Positions 1-9,933 of a stretch of 64,000 nucleotides of DNA are shown here, in pieces. The DNA lies in NCBI GenBank assembly GCA_963662315.1, contig OY759353.1, positions 2,560,001 to 2,624,000 of the forward strand, read 5' to 3'. Under the pieces are notes generated by a model. The model was given only the letters and a program-made list of their open reading frames with translations. It did no database searches and was not told the origin of the DNA. Both the position numbers and the translations under genes were made by a program. The stretch is from Geopsychrobacteraceae bacterium. Lineage in GTDB: Bacteria > Desulfobacterota > Desulfuromonadia > Desulfuromonadales > Geopsychrobacteraceae. The number at the start of each line of letters is the position of its first letter. Position 1 is the stretch's first letter.

Positions 1-1450
1 ATAGAAGCAGAATAAAAAAAATAACTGCCAAAATTGGTGTAAGAGGTTCCCCTAAAAAGGATAATGCGGCTGCAATCAACACTATGATCATGGCAATCCA
101 GTATTCTCTAGGTGGAGACAACCGAATATCATCCAATGCCAAACGAACAATTGAAAAAAGACCTATCTGGCCAATAACGATCCCCACTGCCTTGCCTGCG
201 ATAACTGCATATACCCCATATACGTCGAGTAAAACATAGGTAACTGCCAGTTGCATAGAAATCAGAGTAAGGCTGTTAGCTAAAAAAAGCCCTGTCCGCT
301 CTTTAGCCATAATCAACATACCGTTAACGCTCCCTAAAGCGCCTATATGCACTGCAGCAGCAAGGAAGAGTAGATAGAAGTGTCTTTCTGCATACCAATC
401 ACCAAATATTCTCGCGACTGGGTGACTAAAGAGAACCATCATGAGCGCAAGTGGTGTGCTGATGTTCAATATCACCCGACAGAGTTTTACATAGGCCTTA
501 CCCAGTTCGACCTTTTCTTCATTTGCAACAAGGTACGAGAATGAAGCCAGCATGACTTGCCCTACTCGCTGGGGAATAAAGGTAATCAATTGCGCACACT
601 GGGAAAGCACGAAATAAGCACCGAGTTCTTTAGTCCCTAGGGTGGTAAGGATAAATAATTGGTCAATACTAAGGTAAGCAAACGTTGAAATAGTATTCAA
701 ATGGACGAATCCAGCAAACCGCCAAAAACCAAGGGGCAAAAACAACCGGATCGAAAACATAGATACAGACTTTATTACTTTGGTTGAACCAATAACTAAA
801 ACCGTAAGGTTGGCCGCAGCAACTGCTAAAGTAAAAATAAATGCGGAACGATCTTGAATTAATTCAGGAAACATAAAAAATGCTGATGTCGCCAGAATAC
901 AGATGAAAAAAAGTTGGAGTTGATTCAACACTGAAGAAAAGCGAAACTCCATTAACCCCGCCAATGAGAAAACGGCCATTTGTGCAAGCACAATAATTGG
1001 TGCAAGAAAAGAAAGAGCTTGTAGGGTACCTGGGTCAATCTGCTTACGGATCAAAAAACTGGCCATTCCAGGAAACAAATTCATCAGAACGACAAAAACG
1101 GTAACAGCAACAACTGAAATTAAAACATAGGTCACAAGAAAAGCTGACTTGTCTTCATCACGCTTTATTTTGGGTAAGAAATTCGTTACGACGCTACTTC
1201 CACCAAACAATGCAAAGGTAACTACAATTTGAATGAACAGTAGAAGAATCGCATAATTGCCAACAACTACTCCTGAGTCACCTATCCTAGCGAGTATCCA
1301 GTTTCGGTAGTAGGCAAGAGGAACCGCAGCAGCTGACGTCAATGTGACCCATAATGCCCCTCTCTTTGCAAGACGCTTAATTGCATTTGTCCCTAAGGGA
1401 TCATCATCGTTTTGCCCATAGGACTTTATATTATCATCTAATTTTCTCAA
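1..1450 (-). CDS. Wzx-like polysaccharide flippase (runs off the left edge, partial)
   Basis: Not in the ORF track. Manual minus-strand translation gives ...NAIKRLAKRGALWVTLTSAAAVPLAYYRNWILARIGD followed by hydrophobic segments; lies in an EPS operon. Start (TTG at 1450) is approximate. Confidence 0.7.
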   Translation of the reverse strand, partial: MRKLDDNIKSYGQNDDDPLGTNAIKRLAKRGALWVTLTSAAAVPLAYYRNWILARIGDSGVVVGNYAILLLFIQIVVTFALFGGSSVVTNFLPKIKRDEDKSAFLVTYVLISVVAVTVFVVLMNLFPGMASFLIRKQIDPGTLQALSFLAPIIVLAQMAVFSLAGLMEFRFSSVLNQLQLFFICILATSAFFMFPELIQDRSAFIFTLAVAAANLTVLVIGSTKVIKSVSMFSIRLFLPLGFWRFAGFVHLNTISTFAYLSIDQLFILTTLGTKELGAYFVLSQCAQLITFIPQRVGQVMLASFSYLVANEEKVELGKAYVKLCRVILNISTPLALMMVLFSHPVARIFGDWYAERHFYLLFLAAAVHIGALGSVNGMLIMAKERTGLFLANSLTLISMQLAVTYVLLDVYGVYAVIAGKAVGIVIGQIGLFSIVRLALDDIRLSPPREYWIAMIIVLIAAALSFLGEPLTPILAVIFFILLL

Positions 1451-1464
1451 AAATCATTTCCACT

Positions 1465-2682
1465 TCACACTAAAACTGAAAGACTCAGAGCTTCTTCAGT
1501 AAATTTTCCCCATGTAAATCGTGAACAAGCATCAATCCGGGCCTGATGCGACATTTTAAAATACTGTGACCTCTCTAAAGAGAGAATCTCATCAATCTTC
1601 TCCCCTAATGCAGATGAGTTAATTTCACGCACCACCCCACCTGTTTCGCCATCTTTAATTATCTCATTCGTCGCAGTTAAAACACGATGCCCATCACCAG
1701 AAAAACCAACAACCGGCGTCCCACAAGCTAGCGATTCCAAATACACCTGACCAAAAGATTCCACTGTAGTTGGCAGAACACAAACACGGCTCATAGCATA
1801 AAAACCCGGTAGCATTTCGCTATGTGACCCCGCAAAAATTACTCTATTAGCAATTCCTAGAGAATATGCATATTCTTCAAGACGTTCTCTCTCAGAGCCA
1901 TTGCCAACCAAAAGAAGCTTTACCTTAATATTGAGAGTTGCTATGGCATCCATCAACAACGGAATATGTTTCGCACAGGAGAGCCTACCGACGTACAAAA
2001 CGATGGCTTCATGACGAGAGATATCATATTGTTCTTCGATAGCATCAAAAAAACTAGCCCCATTGGTCGGTGAAAAGACCTCGCTATCCACTCCTGGTGG
2101 AATCACCTGACATTTTTTGGCATTGGTTGGAAAGCCCTTTAACAATTGATCTCGCATGTTTTTACTGAACGCAACGGGCTGACAACAGCGAGACAATTCA
2201 CTCTCAATACGTTTAGAAGGGATAAAAGCAAAGGGCCATAAGCCCACAAGCATCAGTCGCCGCAACCCAGGAAGTCCATGTGTCTGAAGGAAGGTTCCTT
2301 TACAGTTCATCCAAGCATTAGTTGGGAAAATTTGTAATAACGGGCCATCATAACCTGCTCGCCGTATGCCTAATCCTACGGGTGCTGATCGGGACCAAAT
2401 AGCATCAGGTAGAAAGTCCACCAGTACATTGGTTATTCCTCGTTGCGCTGCCGCGACGCGGCTGGAAAATTGTTTATGAGGCCACCGCTCTGATTTACAA
2501 GGATAGCGGATAATTTCAACCCCCTCGTACTCCATACGCAATGGTTCCTCTGAAGTAAATTGAAAACAAAATATCTTTACTTCATGTCCTTCTTTAACAA
2601 GTTCACGAGCAATATAGCGCAAAGAATTTTCTACACCGCCAATTACAGGGTATGCAGTGCTATTTGCGAGAAGAATTTTCAT
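1465..2682 (-). CDS. GT4-family glycosyltransferase
   Basis: N-terminal YPVIGGVE, VLYVGRL and ESFGQVYLESLACGTPVV (EX7E) motifs. Confidence 0.9.
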   Translation of the reverse strand: MKILLANSTAYPVIGGVENSLRYIARELVKEGHEVKIFCFQFTSEEPLRMEYEGVEIIRYPCKSERWPHKQFSSRVAAAQRGITNVLVDFLPDAIWSRSAPVGLGIRRAGYDGPLLQIFPTNAWMNCKGTFLQTHGLPGLRRLMLVGLWPFAFIPSKRIESELSRCCQPVAFSKNMRDQLLKGFPTNAKKCQVIPPGVDSEVFSPTNGASFFDAIEEQYDISRHEAIVLYVGRLSCAKHIPLLMDAIATLNIKVKLLLVGNGSERERLEEYAYSLGIANRVIFAGSHSEMLPGFYAMSRVCVLPTTVESFGQVYLESLACGTPVVGFSGDGHRVLTATNEIIKDGETGGVVREINSSALGEKIDEILSLERSQYFKMSHQARIDACSRFTWGKFTEEALSLSVLV

Positions 2683-2751
2683 CTTTTACGTCTTCACTTC
2701 ACTCTCAAGTTCAAGTTTTAAATTGAAGCTGACACAGAATTCTGAACATCC

Positions 2752-2892
2752 TCAACTAATTACGACCAATTTTTCTGCTAAATCGTTACGAATTTGGTGC
2801 ATTTCATCTCGCAGGGACTGGCACCCTCCGATAATGAGACCAAACTTGCCACGGATATCTTCCAAGATAACTTCTAAATGTTCTTTTTTCAT
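2752..2892 (-). CDS. Small hypothetical protein (46 aa, MKKEHLEVILEDIRGKFGLIIGG...), possibly a truncated remnant
   Basis: ATG at 2892 preceded by a GGGAGGG Shine-Dalgarno that is also the IS insertion site; below the ORF-track size cut-off. Confidence 0.45.
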   Translation of the reverse strand: MKKEHLEVILEDIRGKFGLIIGGCQSLRDEMHQIRNDLAEKLVVIS

Positions 2893-2915
2893 AATTCCCT
2901 CCCATGAAAAGGCCC

Positions 2916-3142
2916 TCTGTCAAGCAGATTCTGAGGGCGCATTTGTAGTGTAAGTTTGCCCGAGCTACGGACAAAAATGGTTCGTTAACCTCCCATTCGG
3001 GCTCTGATGCCCATCATTCCGGTTCAAATCCGGCGTCCCAATCTCCAAGGCGGGATCGCTCTTCCCCATGGGGTATGCGGGCTTACCAGATTCGTCTGAA
3101 CCATTCGTGCAACAGAACGATTCCTAGTGAAACATGCTGTTG
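2916..3142 (-). ncRNA. Putative bridge/seek RNA region of the IS1111-type element
   Basis: About 230 nt non-coding region downstream of tnp, containing short matches to the predicted circle junction on both strands; this is where IS1111-group elements encode the RNA. Confidence 0.55.
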
Positions 3143-4177
3143 CTAAACAGGATATGGTGTTAATCGGGCGGGATCATAGTGAGCCCGATTTTTCAGAACA
3201 CCATATGCAATTGTCAGCAGCTTTCTTGCCAGGGCGACAATCGCGATCTTTTTGCCACGTCGCTTCATCAACCGTTCAAAGAACTGTCGCAACGGCCGCG
3301 AATCAAAGCTCTTCATCCGGGCAACCGTATGGGCACATTGTAGAAGGACCCGTCTGACATCATGCCGCCCATCCCGGTTAATTCGGCCTAAGTGCGTCAC
3401 AGATCCACTTTGATAGATCGTTGGTGTCAGTGCTCCGTATTTGGCGACTGCTTTGCGATCATCAAATCGAATCGCTTCGTCCAACGCCCCGAGTAGAACT
3501 CGCGATGTTAGCAGCCCGATACCGGGGATCGATTCCAACAACTCAAGGCGATCGTCTTTGACATTAACAATCTGTTCCGTTAGCTCGGCTTCGGTTTCCT
3601 GCAAAGCATCAATTGCCTGCATGTAGGCTGTTATTACAATCCGACCGGTCTTGCTGACAGCAACCTTATCAAGCCGCTCTCGCCAATCTATCCGACCGAA
3701 AAACTTCTCGGTGAGCCGAACGCCTTCTTGAAGCAACAACGCCCGAATACTGTTGATCAGTGCGATGCGTTTTCCCTGCACGGTCTGCCGAGCACTGGCG
3801 AGTTCGCGCAATCGTCTCACTGGACCCTCGACAATGTGAACCTTTCTCGGCAGGAGGCCACCTCGGGCCAGCTCAGCCATCTTACGAGCATCGACTTTGT
3901 CAGTCTTGCTGCTCGACTTGCTGATCCACTTTAGTTCGTTCGGATGGACCACATGCAGATCAACCTTGGCGATCCCCTGCAGCGTCTCGGCCAGCCACTT
4001 CATCTGGTTACCTGCCTCAAAGACGACCTTCATCGGCTCTGGTCCGAGGTCTTCGATCAGTTTTAAAAGAGCTGATTTAACCGGCGCTATCTCTCCTTGA
4101 AACACCAGATTCTTTTTACGGTCGATTGCATGGATCACAAAATTCTTGCTACTGATGTCAATTGCGACATACTTCAT
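3143..4177 (-). CDS. IS110-family DEDD transposase/recombinase
   Basis: AIDISSK...FEAG...KTDKVDA RuvC-like DEDD domain; LESIPGIG and TPTIYQSGS in the C-terminal domain. Confidence 0.95.
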   Translation of the reverse strand: MKYVAIDISSKNFVIHAIDRKKNLVFQGEIAPVKSALLKLIEDLGPEPMKVVFEAGNQMKWLAETLQGIAKVDLHVVHPNELKWISKSSSKTDKVDARKMAELARGGLLPRKVHIVEGPVRRLRELASARQTVQGKRIALINSIRALLLQEGVRLTEKFFGRIDWRERLDKVAVSKTGRIVITAYMQAIDALQETEAELTEQIVNVKDDRLELLESIPGIGLLTSRVLLGALDEAIRFDDRKAVAKYGALTPTIYQSGSVTHLGRINRDGRHDVRRVLLQCAHTVARMKSFDSRPLRQFFERLMKRRGKKIAIVALARKLLTIAYGVLKNRAHYDPARLTPYPV

Positions 4178-4407
4178 TTGAAGGCCCCTTTCTCGTCGGT
4201 TGTTTTACTGTTGGCTTTGATACCCTCAGTTTAACAACTACGATTTGGGGCCTTCTTCATAGAATCTCCCTTTGCAACCCTGAAACCTATATTTGCAGGG
4301 TAGTTCAGGATAGACAGGATAAAACCTTATAGGCTTTTTAGGTTGTTATGCCTTTGCCCCTCATCCTGTCGTCCATCTTGTATATCCCTACCATCCAGCC
4401 TTTGACC

Positions 4408-5688
4408 TTAAAGCCGCAGATCAACCTGCTCAGCAGAAAATACATATTTCAAATCATACAAGACATGGTCATCCTTCCCATAAGATCGAATTTGTTCTAC
4501 CCCCACATCTGAAAACTGATGGTGAGCGACAGCAACAATGATGCCGTCATAGGTATTCAATTCAGGAGAATCGATAACAGACAAACCGTACTCTTCCAAT
4601 GCTTCAGTCTTATCAACCCATGGGTCATACACATCGACATTCACATGCATTCCTTTGAGCTCATCGATGATATCGACAACCTTGGTATTACGTAGGTCTG
4701 GGCAATTCTCCTTAAACGTCAGCCCCATAATAAGAATTTTTGCACCGCTAACGTGAATACGTTTTTTAAGCATTGCCTTGATCAGCTGCGAGGCAACATA
4801 ACTGCCCATGGAATCGTTGATCCGCCGCCCGGCTAATATCATGGCAGGATGGTAACCAATGGCCTGGGCTTTGTGGGTGAGATAATAGGGATCAACACCG
4901 ATACAGTGTCCCCCAACCAGCCCTGGTCTGAAGGGCAGGAAATTCCATTTTGAGCCGGCTGCTTTTAATACCGCTTCCGTATCAATGCCCATCCGGTTGA
5001 ATATGAGAGACAGCTCGTTAATCAGGGCGATATTTACATCTCGTTGGGTATTTTCAATGACTTTAGCTGCCTCGGCGACCTTGATGCTTTCTGCTTTATG
5101 GGTTCCAGCCATGATAATCGAGCAATACAATTCATCGACAAACTGAGCGATTTCCGGAGTGGATCCAGAGGTCACCTTTTTGATTGTTGTTACCCGGTGC
5201 TCTTTGTCCCCTGGGTTTATCCGCTCGGGACTATAACCAACATAAAAATCGTGGTTGAATTTCAACCCGGAAACCTGTTCCAGTACCGGGACGCAATCTT
5301 CTTCTGTCGCACCTGGATAGACCGTTGATTCATAGATGACAACATCTCCAGTTTTCAACACCTTACCAATCGTCTCGCTTGCCTTGTACAAAGGTGTAAG
5401 ATCTGGACGTTTATAGCGATCAATGGGGGTTGGTACTGTTACGATATAAACAGTTGCTTTAGCTAATTCCTTCAACTCCGATGTGTAAGATAGTTTATCG
5501 GAAGCTCTCAACTCTTCATCATCAACCTCCAGAGTGCTATCATGCCCGCGCCACAACTCATCAAGACGCGTCTGATTAATATCAAAACCTATGGTCTTAT
5601 ATTTTTTTCCAAATTCAACGGCCAATGGCAGGCCAACATAGCCAAGTCCAACGATAGCAACAACAACATCACCATTCATAAATTTCAT
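4408..5688 (-). CDS. UDP-GlcNAc/GalNAc C6 dehydrogenase (TviB/WbpO family)
   Basis: [37 protein letters not shown] and [10 protein letters not shown] motifs; start chosen at MKF after AGGA. Confidence 0.93.
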   Translation of the reverse strand: MKFMNGDVVVAIVGLGYVGLPLAVEFGKKYKTIGFDINQTRLDELWRGHDSTLEVDDEELRASDKLSYTSELKELAKATVYIVTVPTPIDRYKRPDLTPLYKASETIGKVLKTGDVVIYESTVYPGATEEDCVPVLEQVSGLKFNHDFYVGYSPERINPGDKEHRVTTIKKVTSGSTPEIAQFVDELYCSIIMAGTHKAESIKVAEAAKVIENTQRDVNIALINELSLIFNRMGIDTEAVLKAAGSKWNFLPFRPGLVGGHCIGVDPYYLTHKAQAIGYHPAMILAGRRINDSMGSYVASQLIKAMLKKRIHVSGAKILIMGLTFKENCPDLRNTKVVDIIDELKGMHVNVDVYDPWVDKTEALEEYGLSVIDSPELNTYDGIIVAVAHHQFSDVGVEQIRSYGKDDHVLYDLKYVFSAEQVDLRL

Positions 5689-5867
5689 TTTCCTGTAACA
5701 CATGAATTGCCAGTTAAAGCATGGCTCGATTCTTTGATCAGGTAATAATCTAACGCCCTTTTACTGATACAGTTCGTCAAATAACTGTAAACAGATTCTC
5801 TGTTACAATGGCTTTTATTATCTTTAACTGCGCCATATTGGCATTCTTGACATACTTTTAAATACAT
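5685..5867 (-). CDS. Small Cys-rich hypothetical protein (60 aa, [11 protein letters not shown]...HC...NC)
   Basis: GGAGAGGGG RBS before ATG 5867; stop overlaps the next start (ATGA coupling). Confidence 0.6.
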   Translation of the reverse strand: MYLKVCQECQYGAVKDNKSHCNRESVYSYLTNCISKRALDYYLIKESSHALTGNSCVTGK

Positions 5868-6005
5868 CCCCTCTCCCTGCATTTTGTCGAACGCTGATAA
5901 CAGCGGACAGGACCACAAAAACATATTTGTAGATGTAAGACCTTCAATATTGAAATTCACTGGTACTATCCGCGTGTATCTGATCTTATCTGCGTTCTAT
6001 TATGC

Positions 6006-7232
6006 CTAAATTTTTGTTTTTCTAAAGGACAACTGCGCTTTTATCTGCTCCCAAAGTTGCCGGTCCGGCCCCTGCAGACTACTCCCAAAACCACGGACAA
6101 AAGCAACAATCAACGACAGGAATCCGGCACAAAAGGTTGCCAGAATGACGATCAAGGCTCTTTTGGGCTTACTTTTACGGTCAGGAGGAGTTGCCTCATC
6201 AAGAACCTGAATGGTTGAAGTATTTTTCGCTTCATTAATCTTGGCGACTTCGTATTGCTTGACGAGCAATTCATACAAGGTTTCCTGCACTTTAAAATTA
6301 CGCAATAATCGCGCATATTTAACACCTAGTTCAGGGACTTCAGAGGTGGATAAAAAGATATCATCAGAAACTTTTTTACCTTCCGGAGATCGTTCCAAAC
6401 GTGAAATCTGATCCTTGATTTGAACGATTCCTTCACGCAGAGCCATAACTTGCGGATTCTGTTCGGTCTGCGACGACAGCAGAACCCCCAACTCAACTTC
6501 TTTACTTGCCAATTCGCCCTTTAATGACGCAATCGCCTCGATAATGGCACTGGCTTGGGCATCAATACGAATCGCCTTGTTTTTTTCCTGAAACTCCTTA
6601 AGAGCATCTTCGGCGTTCGCCAAATCCGTTTTCACAAGCTGGAGTCTTTCTTCCAGAAAAACTCGTTCTCGTCCAGCATTGTGTAAATTAATTTTCCCAT
6701 TAAGCTTTTCCAACTCATCAATGTAGGCGTTGACAACCTTAGCAGCAAATTGCGGGTCTTTATCTTGATAACTTACAATTAAAAAACCATCATCCTTGCC
6801 AAGAGAAAACGAAGCTTTTCCTGCAAGGGCTTTGTAGGCACCACTGCGGGTCTTCCATTTATAATAATCCATCAAATTGAAACGCTCGATAATTGCATCA
6901 CTGATTGTTCTGCTTTTGAGCATACCGACATAAAGGTCACCCATTGAATTTCGTCCAACAGAAATACCTGCTAAAGAGGCAAGGCCCCCCATATTCCCAA
7001 GCATGGAACTTAATCCACCGGATTCTTTTTGGGGAGGAAGAATGCGCGCTGTCGCCGTGTAAATATTAGGCATTAACAAGGTAAGCCCACAGACCACAAT
7101 GAAGGTCACCAAGCAGGTAAAAAGGATCATTTTTTTATGTTTAACGATGACCAGGAGAAGCTCCAGGAGATTGATTTCGTCATCTGCCGGTTGCTGGGGC
7201 GGGATGTTTTCTGGTGCGGTGTTTTCTGACAT
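6006..7232 (-). CDS. Wzz/GumC-like polysaccharide co-polymerase (no kinase domain)
   Basis: DEINLLEL, two TM segments, coiled coil, VLDEATPPDRKSKPKR. Confidence 0.88.
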   Translation of the reverse strand: MSENTAPENIPPQQPADDEINLLELLLVIVKHKKMILFTCLVTFIVVCGLTLLMPNIYTATARILPPQKESGGLSSMLGNMGGLASLAGISVGRNSMGDLYVGMLKSRTISDAIIERFNLMDYYKWKTRSGAYKALAGKASFSLGKDDGFLIVSYQDKDPQFAAKVVNAYIDELEKLNGKINLHNAGRERVFLEERLQLVKTDLANAEDALKEFQEKNKAIRIDAQASAIIEAIASLKGELASKEVELGVLLSSQTEQNPQVMALREGIVQIKDQISRLERSPEGKKVSDDIFLSTSEVPELGVKYARLLRNFKVQETLYELLVKQYEVAKINEAKNTSTIQVLDEATPPDRKSKPKRALIVILATFCAGFLSLIVAFVRGFGSSLQGPDRQLWEQIKAQLSFRKTKI

Positions 7233-7270
7233 TATATAAATTCCATAAAGCTAAGTTATAAATGCAACTC

Positions 7271-7371
7271 ACCGCAAAGGCGCGAAGAGCGCAAAGTTTT
7301 TTTTAAGATGCTTGGGGACTTAACCCCTAAAACCCTTGACTTTCCTTGCCTTTCCTTTGCGTCTCTGCGGT
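7271..7371. repeat. Intergenic inverted-repeat (REP-like) element
   Basis: ACCGCAAAGGCGC...GCGTCTCTGCGGT; same termini as 13316-13395. Confidence 0.65.
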
Positions 7372-7380
7372 TAACAAAGA

Positions 7381-9933
7381 TTAAAAACTAGCAACAGCTG
7401 CCGCACCTAAAGCCATCTGGTAGATAACGGTACTAATATCCTTCATCTCACGCATCCAGTCGGTAGACTTGACTTCTTCTGGGACGAGGACGGTATCTCC
7501 CGGGTAGAGCTCCGTGACATTGAAACCACCAACGACCCAGCGCCAGTTTTCGCTGTCCCATTTAATGCCCATCCCACCTTGTTGTTTGCTGACCACGGTT
7601 CCGTTAGCGCGGACGATAAACATCTCATCTTCCTCAGCTGTTTTCTTCAACCCGCCAACCTGACCCAAGTAATAAGCAACCGGTTTACCAGGAGAATAAG
7701 TCATAGAAGTCGGGTTATAAACCTGCCCCAGCACAGTAACAGATTTGGGATTTTCAGGGATCTTCAGGGTATCCCCCGGCAGAACTTCAATATCATAGAC
7801 ACTGCCACGGAATTTATCGAGATCATCAACATGGGTGATCATACGCCCTGTCACGGGAGCTTGTCTTAGTTTTTGCAGTAACTGTTTCCGGCTTTCAAGG
7901 TTGATCTGGGCTGATTCAGCCTGAGCCTGGTCTAAAGCCCCGGCAGCAAGTTCGGACGAGACACGATAGACTTCCTGTTCCTGCTCAGAAATCAGCTTTT
8001 CCAGTTGCTGGCGCTGAACAGCTTTGAGGGTTTCCCGGGTAAAAACAGCTCCCCTGAAATAAGCTTTATCGGTAAAACCGCCAGCCCTTTCCAAGACGGA
8101 ACTAAGCCGTTCCCCCTTGCTGATCGCATAGGAGCCAGGAAACTTTACTTCACCTTGAACCTGGATAAAATATTTCTCACCGGAATCGGGGACATTACGG
8201 ATAATAAGCTGATCATCAGGCATCAGCTGTAAATCGTGTTGAGGGTCCCCACTCAGGGCTTTAGCGAGATTGATCTGATAGCGCTCTGTGCGGGTTCCGG
8301 CCTCTTCGGGAATATATCGCGTAATCTCTGCTTCACCAAGGTAGGCAACCCGCTTAACATTACCAGCCAGGGTCACCAGGTCTTTGACCGTCATGTTGTC
8401 ATACAGTCGATACTGCCCAGGGTTCAACACCGCTCCGGAAACAACAACCTGAGGAGTTTCTTCCATCTGACTGCGCGAAAAAATTTTAATCTCGTCATAC
8501 TCCTGAAGCAGAATATTCTGCTTGGGATCACCATTGATAGCCTTGTCAAAATCAATAGAAATGGATTCAGGTCGGTACTGAGGAGGATTGTAACGTATAA
8601 TTTGCGCTAATCCCGGGAAATATTCGGGCAGCAGATTATCGTAAGGTAAAATCAGGTCACTGACTCGCATTCCTTTAGTCAGTTGATATGTTCCGGGACG
8701 AGTGACATAACCTTTGAGGGTGACATATCCGCCTGAACTGACAATAGAAGCGACCTTGATCAGATCACGGTCCTGAAGATTAAATGCCTGCAACGAATTA
8801 TTGGTATGAGTTACTTCAGACAGATCCAGATCCAATACTACCCTGCCCTGATTAGCCTCGACCCGCTCAACCTGAACACGCTGCAAATATGCGGTTGGGG
8901 TAATGCCTCCAGCTAGAGCCAAAGCTTTATCCAACTGAAGGTTTCCTATCAGCTCGTATACTGCAGGCCTCCGGACATTGCCGGCGATGCCGACCAAGGG
9001 GCCGCTGACTGGAACAAAAATCGTGTCTCCGGATTGCAGACGAACATCAATACTTTTATCACCAGACAAGAAGAAATCGTAGAAATCAATTATGCTAACC
9101 AACTGCCCATTACGCATTAATTGAACATTACGCAAACTTCCGTTGGTACTAACCCCCCCGGCCTGTGACAATGTTGTCAATACTGTGGCCAAGGAAGACA
9201 CCCGGTATGGACCGGGATTATTAACTTCGCCGACCAGATACACCTGGATAGAACGCAACTGGCCAAGCGTTAAGTTCATTTCAAAATTCTTGAAATATTT
9301 AGATATTTGACGCTTTACAGTGTCACGGGCCTGCGCCAGGCTCTGACCCCAGAGATGAATAACCCCCACTTTTGGCAGGGTGACATCACCATTACGGTCG
9401 ACGGGTACAGCATAATTCCCTTCAATATTACCCCAGACATCGATTTTTAACATATCTCCGGGGCCAATGACATAGTCGGGACCAACCAGAGACAACTGGT
9501 CGGGTTGAAACCCGCCAGCTTTCTTGAAAAAGTCAAACCCAAAGCGTTTAAGTTTCAGATTTACACTACCAACCTGCTTTTTATGAATACTCTCTGCAGA
9601 TCCGTCGTTGACATCGGTATTAAATGGATTTGCAAAATCAAAGGCTTCAGCCACACTAGAAGAATCAACTGGCGCATTGAGGGGTTGTTGAGCATTCGCC
9701 ATATCGGCATTCAACAATCCAGAGTTCTGAACACCCTGCAAACCAGGAGAAGACATATCAAGACCAGCTTGCCCTCCGGCAAGCTGTCCACCCACGACCT
9801 GGACACCTGCAACCGGTTCAGCAAAAGTCAGCGAGGTGAAACTTATACTTAACAACACCAGAAACAAAAATATAATAGAAGTTCTATTCATAGCCCAATT
9901 CACTAAAGTCAGCTTTCTTCTAGAGCGTCCCAT
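7381..9933 (-). CDS. Polysaccharide export protein with multiple SLBB domains (Wza/KpsD-like)
   Basis: DYVIGPGD export motif and repeated GxVxxPGxY SLBB units; start may be 9891. Confidence 0.9.
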   Translation of the reverse strand: MGRSRRKLTLVNWAMNRTSIIFLFLVLLSISFTSLTFAEPVAGVQVVGGQLAGGQAGLDMSSPGLQGVQNSGLLNADMANAQQPLNAPVDSSSVAEAFDFANPFNTDVNDGSAESIHKKQVGSVNLKLKRFGFDFFKKAGGFQPDQLSLVGPDYVIGPGDMLKIDVWGNIEGNYAVPVDRNGDVTLPKVGVIHLWGQSLAQARDTVKRQISKYFKNFEMNLTLGQLRSIQVYLVGEVNNPGPYRVSSLATVLTTLSQAGGVSTNGSLRNVQLMRNGQLVSIIDFYDFFLSGDKSIDVRLQSGDTIFVPVSGPLVGIAGNVRRPAVYELIGNLQLDKALALAGGITPTAYLQRVQVERVEANQGRVVLDLDLSEVTHTNNSLQAFNLQDRDLIKVASIVSSGGYVTLKGYVTRPGTYQLTKGMRVSDLILPYDNLLPEYFPGLAQIIRYNPPQYRPESISIDFDKAINGDPKQNILLQEYDEIKIFSRSQMEETPQVVVSGAVLNPGQYRLYDNMTVKDLVTLAGNVKRVAYLGEAEITRYIPEEAGTRTERYQINLAKALSGDPQHDLQLMPDDQLIIRNVPDSGEKYFIQVQGEVKFPGSYAISKGERLSSVLERAGGFTDKAYFRGAVFTRETLKAVQRQQLEKLISEQEQEVYRVSSELAAGALDQAQAESAQINLESRKQLLQKLRQAPVTGRMITHVDDLDKFRGSVYDIEVLPGDTLKIPENPKSVTVLGQVYNPTSMTYSPGKPVAYYLGQVGGLKKTAEEDEMFIVRANGTVVSKQQGGMGIKWDSENWRWVVGGFNVTELYPGDTVLVPEEVKSTDWMREMKDISTVIYQMALGAAAVASF

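Larger units (their letters stand above)
2901..4267 (-). mobile_element. IS110-family, IS1111-subgroup insertion sequence (~1.37 kb)
   Basis: Subterminal IRs ATGAAAAGGCCC (2904-2915) and GGGGCCTTCTTCAT (4247-4260); CTCCC outside both ends (2899-2903, 4266-4270); long non-coding region 3' of the transposase. Exact ends are ambiguous within the shared 5-mer. Confidence 0.85.
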
